From Nitrosopumilaceae archaeon (GTDB lineage: Archaea; Thermoproteota; Nitrososphaeria; Nitrososphaerales; Nitrosopumilaceae), in NCBI GenBank assembly GCA_965207375.1, contig OZ242274.1, positions 1,728,001-1,792,000 of the forward strand: a DNA stretch of 64,000 nucleotides. The letters run 5' to 3'. The translations under genes and the position numbers were made by a program. Within the stretch, counting starts at the first letter, position 1; the number at the start of each line of letters is the position of its first letter. The notes beneath the pieces are model-generated. The model worked only from the letters and a program-made list of their open reading frames with translations, was not told where the DNA came from and did not search any database. Shown one piece after another: positions 11,801 through 20,882 of this stretch.

Positions 11801-11975
11801 GGATACAAAACGAGAATATGACATAACCCAAGAATCATTAAAAGATGCCATGGCATTAATTAAAACAACAATAAATGAAATTCTTGATGAAAACTTTGAG
11901 CCTACTCCAAGCTTTCAGGCATGCATGTTTTGTCCGTACGGCGCAATATGCGATGTAAAGTTTCCAGGCACATGA
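8892..11975 (+). CDS. UvrD/REP-family helicase fused to C-terminal PD-(D/E)XK nuclease with probable Fe-S cluster (AdnB/AddA-like)
   Basis: AGPGSGKT, TFTNKAA, VDEFQD, VGDEDQSI, NYRS, TMHKSKGKEF, EERRLLYVAITRA; C-terminal CPLKF, GRIDR, IIDFKSG, QLNIYA, CMFCPYGAIC. Confidence 0.92.
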   Translation: MQHQVNEQQRNAIQNIDGPSRIVAGPGSGKTFVIVEKVRKMVEKGTPESSILCMTFTNKAAEEMRQRLEGYGIQDAKVNTFHAFAKELIEDNFTESGVTKSAKIFKKISQIIWFIKNTDKFEIDSDHLDMGGRKHQIDIYEQMLEAIGSFKELIIPSQDLQRHIDSKLKHLQDADNSEQLKQYRLLNEFNKVYAAYEKHCKEKNLIDFDDMVVIAVKILKDEVILKDYLKQLQYILVDEFQDNNYSQMQIVKALGSKANVTVVGDEDQSIMRFQGAYSGIFEDFEETWPDFKKFELNRNYRSTKNIVNLANQLLKDVNYRKEKNLHSDEEDGEQVHVIESPTDKGEVEFVVKKIRSLIGSHVKRRKDDDSPISYKDIAILTRRKAEGQKFAKSLRSFGIPATFLGEFNMFTSPAILDLLAYLKIAESPETAGIETCRILKNHGISEQNILVLANAAYEKASKSHSSSDCVLETVRNYQKYPITQQTEIAEIVSQVDKTMELVGATVSELVYKTMFDISGLYKRHIDSEKPHDKRSIILLNKFYDLAQEFQDTYPEKSLSEFLSDMEIIGDLEVEMDDVAVEESVSVLTMHKSKGKEFPIVFVADMVDGKFPTKLKKTPFSVPPEMSREHDKTEYTEESHIDEERRLLYVAITRAMNMLFLMYPKKHTENVNGKKPSRFLDELNYEQNPLITTIEFEESENFDLESEDEIQREKDRIQKEAIRAISQSQMKSAIHRMVELGRVEHYEKYGNFEGFVPENVLKVDTSDIDTSIKFTGKKQTLVNKETLTLSPSSVKAYEDCPLKFKYQKIMRVPQPPNTAFELGSVIHKVVEDMAQKKTKHEKVTKEECMKKLQESWETKTYLNRTDEGNAKSRAEKMIDTYLEWENGTKNVLVGTEIAFEVEIEGVTFKGRIDRLEKNPDGKLEIIDFKSGKTVKTKKEVKTDPQLNIYAKAIEKLKNETPAKATLFYVEQDTKREYDITQESLKDAMALIKTTINEILDENFEPTPSFQACMFCPYGAICDVKFPGT

Positions 11976-12057
11976 GGCAGATAAAATCTACGTACACAAA
12001 ACAGTATTGCTAGGTAACAGATCGACTTAAGTTGTCTAGAAAATCGATCTATTGTTC

Positions 12058-12202
12058 TGAACACATGGTAACCACCCCGGCGCAGTACTAGTGGTGGATC
12101 GACCACTGATAATGTGTGGGCTATGCGCCCTGATAGATGTGTGCAGCTTCCGATCCGTCAACAAATCAGTAAGGAGGTGAAAAAAGGATGAAAACATACA
12201 TT
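12058..12202 (+). mobile_element. IS110 left-end remnant (partial non-coding end, SD GGAGGTGA, first codons MKTYI), truncated by a MITE
   Basis: 12130-12186 resembles 25713-25766 of the IS110 at 25.6 kb. 12058-12104 recurs inverted at 27380-27425. Confidence 0.65.
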
Positions 12203-12284
12203 GTACTTGTTCACCACCTCATACCTAATTTTTCAATCATTATACCATCTGGACACAAATTGGTTCTATTATGTAAACAAGTAT
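12203..12284. mobile_element. About 82-bp MITE with IS66-type TIR GTACTTGTTCAC
   Basis: Similar to the reverse complement of 38725-38806; same TIR as the IS66 element at 21589-23084. Confidence 0.75.
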
Positions 12285-12484
12285 CAAAAAAATAAAGATC
12301 TGCAAGATCAGGATATTTGTTATTCCCATGATTCTCAGCATTTGAATTATTTACTGCCGTTTTGATCCCACCGTTGTTTTTGTACAGTAAAAGATGTACA
12401 AAATATGACAAATACAAATAAAATATTATTTTCAATACTGATTATAATCATGACACTTTATGATCGGGATTTTGTGATGGGCCA

Positions 12485-13288
12485 ATGCGTATGAAACCTC
12501 GTAACAACAAACCAAACAAGACAGTACAGAATAATCCCAATCCGTTTTCAGTAAACGGTAAGCATTATGACAGAAACACAGACGAAGATGAACTTGAAAG
12601 GGTATTTGGCAAGATATTGCCGCTTGACAGCGTCAAAAGACGCAAGAAATTAAATGAAATACGAGAGATAATAAGAAACCTCAATTTTGAGGAGGGCGAG
12701 GATTCGATAATTGGATTTGAGCCAGGTGATCCGGAACTCAAAGTTCATAGGACATCCAGTATCAGCATAGATCATCTCAATGGAGTAAAATTTGCAGAGA
12801 AAGGAGATAACAAAAGAGCAGCATTATCATTTGAAAAAGAGATAACAAAAAATCCCAAAAATGCACAAGCACATTACAGTCTAGGTACGGTCATGCGAAG
12901 AATGGGAAAACGAGACAGGGCCCTAGAATGTTTCAAAATGTCCGTAATTGTAGATCCATATTTTGCTTTGGGACACCACGATATAGGATTAGAATTTACA
13001 AATCTTGGTAACCTAGATCAAGCCATGTGGCACATGGACCAGGCTTTGAAATTAAATCCAGATTTGAGCCTAGCAATATTTGGCAAGGGCGTTATTTTAT
13101 CACAATACAAAAAATACAAAGAAGCAATTATTTACTTTGATCGTGCCCTACAATATGATCCAAATGAGCCAATAATCTATGAACACAAGTCAACTGCATT
13201 AATGATGCTAGGCAAGATAGACGAATCAATGAAGTGTCTAGATCAATTAGAAAAGATTGATCCCAATAACGAGTTACTGCACTGGTAA
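12485..13288 (+). CDS. TPR-repeat protein
   Basis: Repeated AHYSLG / GHHDIG / AIFGKG / IYEHKS helices with xDP/xNP turns. Confidence 0.85.
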   Translation: MRMKPRNNKPNKTVQNNPNPFSVNGKHYDRNTDEDELERVFGKILPLDSVKRRKKLNEIREIIRNLNFEEGEDSIIGFEPGDPELKVHRTSSISIDHLNGVKFAEKGDNKRAALSFEKEITKNPKNAQAHYSLGTVMRRMGKRDRALECFKMSVIVDPYFALGHHDIGLEFTNLGNLDQAMWHMDQALKLNPDLSLAIFGKGVILSQYKKYKEAIIYFDRALQYDPNEPIIYEHKSTALMMLGKIDESMKCLDQLEKIDPNNELLHW

Positions 13289-13351
13289 AACAACAGGTCA
13301 CCTCTAGACATGCATCGCCAATCTTAAAACTAGGTCTGAAAAAAACCATAT

Positions 13352-13849
13352 ATGGAAGACACAACAGACTCACAAGTTCTAAACTATTTTGAAACAGTAA
13401 TGAAAAACTTTGTCATGTACAAGTTATCACATACAGATGACTGGATTAAAAGATGTATTCCTCCAGAAATAAGAGACGAGATGAATAAACGTCATGACAG
13501 AGCAAAAAAAATAAACAATGTACTAAACAAGCCAAGCTATGGCATTATAGAGTACATCAACTTTGATGGATATGAACGCATAATATCACGAAAGGACAAC
13601 TGGGGTCAATATTTTGAAAAAGTATTTTTGGACAAAACAGTATTTACATACAAGATGAATGTATTGTTGTCACTTAGAAATGACATAAGACATGGAAGGC
13701 AGCTAAACAACATCAATAGGATTCGCCTCAGGCTGCACTGTTACGACATACTAGCACAGATTCATGAATCAGGAATGCCAGATTCTGAGGATAATGACAC
13801 AATTATGAACAAACTCGGACTAGCAAATATAGCTACAGATGACAGATAA
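13352..13849 (+). CDS. Swt1-like HEPN domain protein (putative RNase)
   Basis: DDWIKRCIP, EYINFDGYERII...NWGQYFEKVF and an Rx4H motif in LRNDIRH. Confidence 0.75.
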   Translation: MEDTTDSQVLNYFETVMKNFVMYKLSHTDDWIKRCIPPEIRDEMNKRHDRAKKINNVLNKPSYGIIEYINFDGYERIISRKDNWGQYFEKVFLDKTVFTYKMNVLLSLRNDIRHGRQLNNINRIRLRLHCYDILAQIHESGMPDSEDNDTIMNKLGLANIATDDR

Positions 13850-13943
13850 CTGTCTTAACAGACCCACACAGTATTTACAATTATATCAATGCAATTATAG
13901 TAAAATAAAATCAATCATTCTATGTTAGACGAAATGTAATAGT

Positions 13944-14759
13944 TTAAAGTTTTGATTTTGAATTGACAATATCTAGCATCTTCGAAGCTGCCTGACGTAC
14001 CTCGTCCTTGGGACGGTTAAGAGATATCAGGCATTCTACAAAAAAGCCCCAAGTCACCAAGCTTTGATTATTGCATTTTAATGATTGTTCAAATGCTTCT
14101 AGTGCCTCGTTGTGTCTAGCATAATACTTTAAAACAATTCCCTTAAACAGCGGAATTAAAGAATCATATGGATCTAGTTTTATCGCACAGTCTGCACACT
14201 CTAAGGATTTTTCAGGTCTTTCCAACACCACATAATATGGACATAGGTATAAGAGAGCATAAACGTCATCTAACCCATACTGCATGAGACTATCACATAG
14301 ATCTAGTGCATTGCTGTGTTGCCCCACTACCAAATATGCATATGCGAGTTTGAACATAAAGTACGGATTGTGCCGATAGTCAAGCAATAACGATTCATAA
14401 ATCTTGACTGCCTGATCAAAGTTATCTAATTCAAGGAGACAAAAGCCAACATAATCCCATGTGTCATCAATTAAAAAACGAGATACAGATCTATCAGAAT
14501 TTAGGATTTTATCAAATTCCTTGATGGCATCAGTAAATCGCCCTTTATTGATTAGAGATATTCCATGATCATGAATATTCCACAAGTTTGAATCAGAATC
14601 ATCATAGTTACGATCAATAACATCGTGTCGCTCATTTAGAATCATATCGCGCATAAAACCGAACATGTCATCACGAGTTAATCTCCTAGTGAAGAGATCA
14701 TCAATATTTGCATCTAGTGATTTAAACACGTACACAATATACACATACAACATATACAA
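13944..14759 (-). CDS. TPR-repeat protein
   Basis: TPR-like helical repeats (WDYVGFCLLEL, FKLAYAY, AIKLDP). Start may be a few codons downstream. Confidence 0.75.
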   Translation of the reverse strand: MYMLYVYIVYVFKSLDANIDDLFTRRLTRDDMFGFMRDMILNERHDVIDRNYDDSDSNLWNIHDHGISLINKGRFTDAIKEFDKILNSDRSVSRFLIDDTWDYVGFCLLELDNFDQAVKIYESLLLDYRHNPYFMFKLAYAYLVVGQHSNALDLCDSLMQYGLDDVYALLYLCPYYVVLERPEKSLECADCAIKLDPYDSLIPLFKGIVLKYYARHNEALEAFEQSLKCNNQSLVTWGFFVECLISLNRPKDEVRQAASKMLDIVNSKSKL

Positions 14760-14908
14760 GAATCACTCTAAAAAAAGATACAATGTTATGAATTTTTTTC
14801 AACCACTCTCAAAAATTTCCCACATCCTGATTCAGATTAACATATAGATTTGGCACATCAAATTTGGGTGTAAAATTTCATGATTTTGATATTTTTGCAC
14901 ATGACCTG

Positions 14909-15115
14909 TTACAAATTCATCGTATAGAAAGCCGTCTCAGGAAATATCATCTGGATTACAACTGCAATTACACTAAGTGCCAGTCCTAAAAACAAACAGT
15001 TTCTTGCCTTTTGTGGATCATCATGTCGCAAAACAAAGTACGCAATGATACCACCTATGACATTTAAAAATATGGGCAACAAAAACCACCAGTTACTACG
15101 CTGAGCTGACTGCAT
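14909..15115 (-). CDS. Small two-helix membrane protein
   Basis: WWFLLPIFLNVIGGIIAYFVLRHDDPQKARNCL; two hydrophobic segments. Confidence 0.75.
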   Translation of the reverse strand: MQSAQRSNWWFLLPIFLNVIGGIIAYFVLRHDDPQKARNCLFLGLALSVIAVVIQMIFPETAFYTMNL

Positions 15116-15310
15116 ATTGAACTAGGTACAGAAAGTGCTTATTCCTTTTTTTGTGTATTATTTTTGACTCTTAATTTGATTCAAATCACATGAATTTGCC
15201 AATAGATTTTCAGATATGACAGTTACACGCCTAGCACATGTCAAAAATAACCTAGTTTACATCTAATTCAGGCACAAAACATTTAAAAAAATCTAGATCA
15301 TTATTTACAT

Positions 15311-15336
15311 TGTTTCTAAACTCGAATTTAGAAACA
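15311..15336. promoter_or_regulatory. Palindromic putative operator (TTTCTAAAyTCGAATTTAGAAA)
   Basis: Near-perfect 26-bp palindrome upstream of 15453; copies at 16125 and 30269. Confidence 0.55.
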
Positions 15337-15452
15337 TCAAAACAGCACAACATGAATCAGATCCCCATTTGCACACGAAGATGTTTTTAATTTATCGTAC
15401 AGGCATCAAATAGAACCTGAGATTAATAAATAAGATAAACATGGTATAAAAA

Positions 15453-16094
15453 ATGAAATATGGAACATGCGTTAAATGCAAGGCTAGAATAACAAAACCT
15501 ACAGCATTAGAGCATCTGCAAAATTGTATACCATTGAATCCCCCAGATACACCACAGAAAAGTTTTGTTTTGCGAATAAATGACAGAGACGTATACAGGT
15601 ATTGGATGTATGTAAAAATATCAGGATCATCTACTCTGTTTGATTTAGATTCCTTTTTGAGAGACCAATGGTTAGAATGTTGCGAACACTTGAGCATGTT
15701 TGATATAAATGAGATCAAATACGAGGATATTGCAAAGTTGGAATGCAATGACTTGGGCAGTGAAGATGTCAAAATAGCAGTAGAAAAGATCCTATACAAA
15801 GGACTAAATTTCAAACATGTCTATGATTTTGGAAACAGTACCACATTAGGATTACAAGTAGTTGGCGAGTATCAGGATGATGCATCTGCCAAAAAACAAA
15901 TCAAACTCTTGGTTAAAAACAACCCGACACGTCACAGATGCAAAATATGTAAAAAAGATGCAGAACTCATATGCAGGGATTGTTATGAAGGAGGATCATC
16001 ATACTTTTGCGAACCCTGTGGTGAAAAACACGAATATCACGAATTACTTTCGGTGGCCAACTCACCTAGGGCAGGCGTGTGCGGATATGGATAA
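15453..16094 (+). CDS. Plasmid pRiA4b ORF3-like (IS1096 TnpR-like) protein with C-terminal zinc finger
   Basis: TLFDLDSFLRDQWLECCEHLSMF, HVYDFGNSTTL, CKIC...CRDC...CEPC..H, NSPRAGVCGY. Confidence 0.8.
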   Translation: MKYGTCVKCKARITKPTALEHLQNCIPLNPPDTPQKSFVLRINDRDVYRYWMYVKISGSSTLFDLDSFLRDQWLECCEHLSMFDINEIKYEDIAKLECNDLGSEDVKIAVEKILYKGLNFKHVYDFGNSTTLGLQVVGEYQDDASAKKQIKLLVKNNPTRHRCKICKKDAELICRDCYEGGSSYFCEPCGEKHEYHELLSVANSPRAGVCGYG

Positions 16095-16124
16095 AATTTA
16101 CAATGTCACAGAGGATAACAAAAT

Positions 16125-16154
16125 AATATTTCTAAATTCGAATTTAGAAATATT
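16125..16154. promoter_or_regulatory. Perfect 30-bp palindrome AATATTTCTAAATTCGAATTTAGAAATATT
   Basis: Self-complementary; intergenic, between the stop at 16094 and the start at 16319. Confidence 0.6.
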
Positions 16155-16318
16155 CTTATAGCATACAAGTGTTTTTTAAACAATGCAATATTTCAAATAA
16201 TATAGGTTCAAACAGGCACTCAATAAAAAAAAGTTAATCAAAATTATCATATAAAAAATCAAACACAAATGATCGCAAAAGAACATATCAAAATAAAAAC
16301 AACTAGTGAATAGTATTA

Positions 16319-17389
16319 TTGTTGAGACATCCAGTAATAACTGAGGATAATTTTTTGCAGCTTCTTTGGGAGTATACCGATCAGATGTACGGTCATCAGA
16401 TAGAAGAATCATACGACATATGTCCATATGATCTAGATTTTGCTGATGAAGAGTTTGTGTACAAGCAAGTATGTACATGGTTTATGTTTGAAAGAAAAGA
16501 CAGATACGGACAGACAGTAGTGGATGAATTTGTAGATAAATTTGTAAGTAATCAGTACCTACGGGCAAAGATCCTACAAACAAAGAACCTCACCTATGAC
16601 ACATTTTACATAGAAAAATCAATAGATGCAGATGGCATAATTCAAGCAAGATCCGAATCGAACGGAAAAGTATTTCGAATCAAGATCATGTCAGGAGGTA
16701 GCATTTATGTAAAAGGCAAAATACTTTCAGGCAGAATATACCCATGGGATGAAGATGGTACATATCGTGCCAATGGAATACTCAAGATTACAAATCCACA
16801 TGACGAAATTCTTGACAAGTTGGATTTTGATCCAAGAGAATGGGAAAAAATATATCAAGAAGAAATAGAATCTGTTGCTGTTACCGTTAAATCAATGTCA
16901 CATACATTGTTGAATAAATTGCCAGCAGTCTGGATATATGACATCTGTGATGCTTTGGGCATACATAATGTACACCTCAAAAAAGACAAGATATTTGCCA
17001 TTTCTAAAAAGCTCACATCCAAAGACGAACTCAACAGAGTCATAGATGGCCTCCCAAAGAAGGAAAAAAGTGCACTTGAGTTTATTCTCAAAAAAAGTGG
17101 CGTTGTAAAACATGCTGAACTTTGTAGACAGATTGGGCCAGATGATACAAAACTATACTGGGATGGAAAATCCTTATCGACAATAGCAAATCTCCGACGA
17201 CGTGGGCTACTAATAGTGGGCAAAATGTTAATCAATAATACAAGATACAAGGTGGCAATCATACCTGTAGACATATTCTATACCATCCACACCACAAAAG
17301 AGATACAAAATATATTAAAATCAGGCAATGCAGAAAAAGTTCCCCCCAATAAATTCAAAATAATTCAAAACAGTAACAGAGTGATGTGA
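16319..17389 (+). CDS. Hypothetical protein, paralogue 1 (C-terminal winged-helix-like region)
   Basis: 356-aa ORF collinear with 17609-18673 (CPYDLDF, WFMFERKD, LRAKILQ, RYKVAIIP shared). Start may be GTG 16307. Confidence 0.8.
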   Translation: MLRHPVITEDNFLQLLWEYTDQMYGHQIEESYDICPYDLDFADEEFVYKQVCTWFMFERKDRYGQTVVDEFVDKFVSNQYLRAKILQTKNLTYDTFYIEKSIDADGIIQARSESNGKVFRIKIMSGGSIYVKGKILSGRIYPWDEDGTYRANGILKITNPHDEILDKLDFDPREWEKIYQEEIESVAVTVKSMSHTLLNKLPAVWIYDICDALGIHNVHLKKDKIFAISKKLTSKDELNRVIDGLPKKEKSALEFILKKSGVVKHAELCRQIGPDDTKLYWDGKSLSTIANLRRRGLLIVGKMLINNTRYKVAIIPVDIFYTIHTTKEIQNILKSGNAEKVPPNKFKIIQNSNRVM

Positions 17390-17608
17390 CAGTCTCAAGG
17401 TCAGTAATTTAGAGATAAACGATATTTAAATAAATTCATAAATTTTGAATTGTTCGTATCACAAAAACAGCTAAACCAAATGTGTGCAAAATAGGCCAAA
17501 ATCTAACCCAAAAAAGCAAAGAGAACAACAGGGACAGGCTAAGAATTTGGATCACATTTCACTTAGCTGAAAAAAGCATTAAAAATAAAAGTTAGTCTGT
17601 AGACATGT

Positions 17609-18673
17609 TTGTTGAAGATGTCTCAAGTTACAGAAGATAATTTTCATAGTCTGTTTTGGAGATATGTTACTACAACGTATAATCAACAAATATACAACTA
17701 TCATAATGCGTGTCCATATGATCTAGATTTTGATGATGAGAAATTAATACACATACAGGTAATGACGTGGTACATGTTTGAAAGAAAAGACGAGTACGGA
17801 AAGACAATAGTTGACGAATTTGTAGATATGTTTGTAGACGATCAGCGTCTACGGGCAAAGATACTTCAGGCAAAGAATCTTTTCTACGATGACTTTATCA
17901 TACAAAGATCAGCAGATGAACACGGTATAATCCAGGCAAGATCTAAAACTAGTAATAAAGTATTTCAAATCGAGGCAAGAGACAATTACGAAAATTTTGC
18001 AAAATGGGTAGAGTTTTCAGGGTTCATATATCCATGGCATGATGACGGGACACATCAGATGACTGGAATTATCACCATGGATTATCAACTGCACAATAAA
18101 CTAGCAGCACTAAGTCCTGCAACAATTGAAAAAAAATTGCAAGACGAGATGGAATCTGAAGTTGTCACCATCAAATCAAGATTACCCACACTGCTCAAGA
18201 GGATGCCAGCAAACTGGATAAACGGAATCAGCGTTACCTTAGATATAGTCAATGCAGATGTAAAAAAAGCAAAGATAAAAGCCATCATCAACAAACTCAC
18301 ATCAGAGGGCAGTCTAACAGACATAATATCAGGTCTGCCAGAGGATGAAAAAGTTGCATTCCAGTTTGTCCTCAAAAAAGGAGGTTTTGTAAAGTATGCA
18401 GATTTTTGCAGACGAACAGAATCTGATGATACAGTGAGGCTTTGGGACAAAAAACACTCCTCAATAGTAACAAATCTAAGGCGACTAGGACTGATAATAG
18501 TAGGTAAAATGATGATGAATAATAGAAGATACAAGGTGGCAATCATACCTGCAGATATAGTCCATACCGTCCACACCACAAAAGCAATACAAAATATACT
18601 AAAAACAATCAATGTAGAAAAGTATACACCTAACACCTTCAGAATAGTCCCAAATCATGACGGAGTAATGTAA
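17609..18673 (+). CDS. Hypothetical protein, paralogue 2
   Basis: 354-aa tandem paralogue of 16319-17389. Confidence 0.8.
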   Translation: MLKMSQVTEDNFHSLFWRYVTTTYNQQIYNYHNACPYDLDFDDEKLIHIQVMTWYMFERKDEYGKTIVDEFVDMFVDDQRLRAKILQAKNLFYDDFIIQRSADEHGIIQARSKTSNKVFQIEARDNYENFAKWVEFSGFIYPWHDDGTHQMTGIITMDYQLHNKLAALSPATIEKKLQDEMESEVVTIKSRLPTLLKRMPANWINGISVTLDIVNADVKKAKIKAIINKLTSEGSLTDIISGLPEDEKVAFQFVLKKGGFVKYADFCRRTESDDTVRLWDKKHSSIVTNLRRLGLIIVGKMMMNNRRYKVAIIPADIVHTVHTTKAIQNILKTINVEKYTPNTFRIVPNHDGVM

Positions 18674-18736
18674 TTATCCTAGACCAATAATTTCAGACAC
18701 AGACAATACGTAAGAAAGATAAAATCGAGTTTAAAA

Positions 18737-18820
18737 TATATAAAGAAACTCTCAGTGAGATAAAAATACTATATAAAGAAACTCTCAGTGAGATGAAAAT
18801 ACTATATAAAGAAACTCTCA
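18737..18820 (+). repeat. 33-bp tandem repeat (about 2.5 copies) containing a TATA-like box
   Basis: Unit TATATAAAGAAACTCTCAGTGAGAT(A/G)AAAATAC starting at 18737, 18770 and 18803. Confidence 0.9.
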
Positions 18821-18831
18821 CAATCATAAAC

Positions 18832-20345
18832 ATGTTTGATGCACAATTAAGAAAAACAAATCCATGGTGGGCAAAAAGAGACGCAATCAAAAAAGACAAA
18901 CAAATCCAAGAATGGCAAAAATCTCAGATAAGGTACGATCCTCCGTTACGCCACAGTATCAGATATGACTTTGAATATGACAATACGGTAGTGTATACAT
19001 TAAGAGGTCCACGGCAGGTTGGAAAGACTACCCTAATCAAACTTCAAATTCAAGAGTTTTTATCTAACAGATTCATATCTCCCTGGAATATCTTCTATCA
19101 TTCCTTTGATTTAATTCAAACTAGAACTGAGATGGTAGAGGTAATTGAAACATATCTACGACTGTCTAAAAAATATCGCAACACATCTAAGAGAACATAC
19201 CTCTTTTTAGATGAAATATCGGCCATAAAAGAATGGCAAAAGGGAATCAAATGGATAATAGACCAAGATTTGCTTGAAAACTGTACCGTACTAGCAACAG
19301 GATCCCATGCAGCAAATATCATCAATGCAGCAGAACGACTTCCAGGAAGAAAGGGACGAATTAAGGATCCACATCACAGACTTTTACGACCCATGACATT
19401 TTCAGAATTTGTACACATTCAAGACAAAGATATCAAAGAATTTATGCAAGAATCACCCTGTATGAGCCATCAAACAAAGACAAATTCCTTCAACAACTTT
19501 ATTCAAAAGAGGTTCCAGAGCAAGCAGATCAATTATACAACAACTTTAACACCGAACTAGGCGATTATTTTTACGAATACATGCTGACAGGAGGAATACC
19601 AAAGATTGTAAATGAAAAGAGCAAAAACGGCATTATTGCCTCAGAACTATATGCTGATTATTTAGACGGGTTAAAAGGAGGCTGGGGCCTACAGCGAAAT
19701 GAGGCACTACTCAAGCAGTTTGCCGCTGCAATAATTAACAGTGCAGGATATACAACTTCATGGGACAGTCTGCGACTACAGGCACAGCTAGGAAGCTGGT
19801 CCACATCGCAAGAATACGCATCATCATTGAAGGAATTGGCAATTATATCCATAATACACAGGTACAATACAAAGAAAAAGACTGCCATGACTGCCAAAGA
19901 AAAAAAGATCTATTTTCATGATCCGTTTTACATGCACATATTTCATAGTTGGATAAATCCAAGTGAGCCATTTGAGGTATCTGAAGAATTCATGGCAGAT
20001 TCGATTAACCAGGGACGCGTAGCAGAAGGAGTGGTGGCAGATCATCTCATAAGACTTGCCTTTGACCTGACAAAAAACAAGCAGGTATTTGACTATACTA
20101 ACCACGTATTTTATTGGAAGGATCACAATAATAGAGAAATCGACTTTATATTTGCAGATAGCGAAAAACAGGTTCCAATAGAGGTCAAATATAGAAACAA
20201 GATTGACAGTAGAGAGCTAGGTGGCCTAGTCAATTTTTTGGATGAAACAGACACTAAAAGTGGCATAGTATTATCCAAAAACGAATCAAGTGAGAGAAAA
20301 GATTACGTCACCATCCCCACAGCCGTGTTTTTAATGATGATATAG
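18832..20345 (+). pseudogene. AAA_14 ATPase + DUF4143 protein, split by a frameshift near 19455
   Basis: NPWW, GPRQVGKTT, FLDEI, TGS in 18793-19560; GGIP, KKIYFHDP, EIDFI, PIEVKY in 19581-20345. The second frame is open back to about 19458. Confidence 0.85.
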
Positions 20346-20769
20346 GTATAGTACCAAAAAGTAGTCCGCCTAAAAAATCCCACAAAAACAATAATTGCTA
20401 GAAAAACTGCATTTTGAAATATTACGCCTAAAAGCTAAACCCCCCTCTACAAATGCATCATTTAGGCACAGTATCGTTTTTTCAAAAATAGGTAATTTTT
20501 GGGGGGGTTTAACACCTGTTCTTGTATACGATATGCAACCATCAAAACATGGGGATAGCTCAGCAAGATGTTATCCAAAAAATTATCCTAGGCGTAAAAG
20601 CTAAACCCCCCTAAATGCAGCACACATCTTGCATTTCAGATAGGTCTTTGACAATTATAGGCGTAACAGAAACTCATTTTTGATACAATATGATCAAAAA
20701 CCCCCTAGGGTTTTACCACACATTTAGGAATAAGAGACAAGTCTCAAGCATGTATTTCTGTTAAAAATG

Positions 20770-20882
20770 CCCTATACTTTTACAAAAAAATGCTTAGACG
20801 AACATGAGGATGAAGATGAGAGGCATTAATGATGTTCATAGTAAACTCTCCCAGAATGGGCGTGTGTGGATACGGCGTATAA
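20770..20882 (+). pseudogene. C-terminal remnant of a pRiA4b ORF3-like gene
   Basis: Encodes ...VNSPRMGVCGYGV*, matching ANSPRAGVCGYG at the end of 15453-16094. Confidence 0.6.

Noticed and set aside
12058-12160. tRNA or other housekeeping RNA (GC-rich intergenic patch)
   Set aside because: No cloverleaf or T-loop consensus; explained as an IS110 end remnant.
18737-18820. Possible mini CRISPR array
   Set aside because: The units are contiguous tandem copies with no unique spacers, and no cas genes are present.
19440-19580. Programmed frameshift in AAA-DUF4143
   Set aside because: No slippery heptamer at the junction; a simple indel or sequencing error is more likely.
20400-20720. Replication origin (ORB G-strings)
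   Set aside because: No TTCCA...GAAA ORB core and no adjacent orc1/cdc6 gene.
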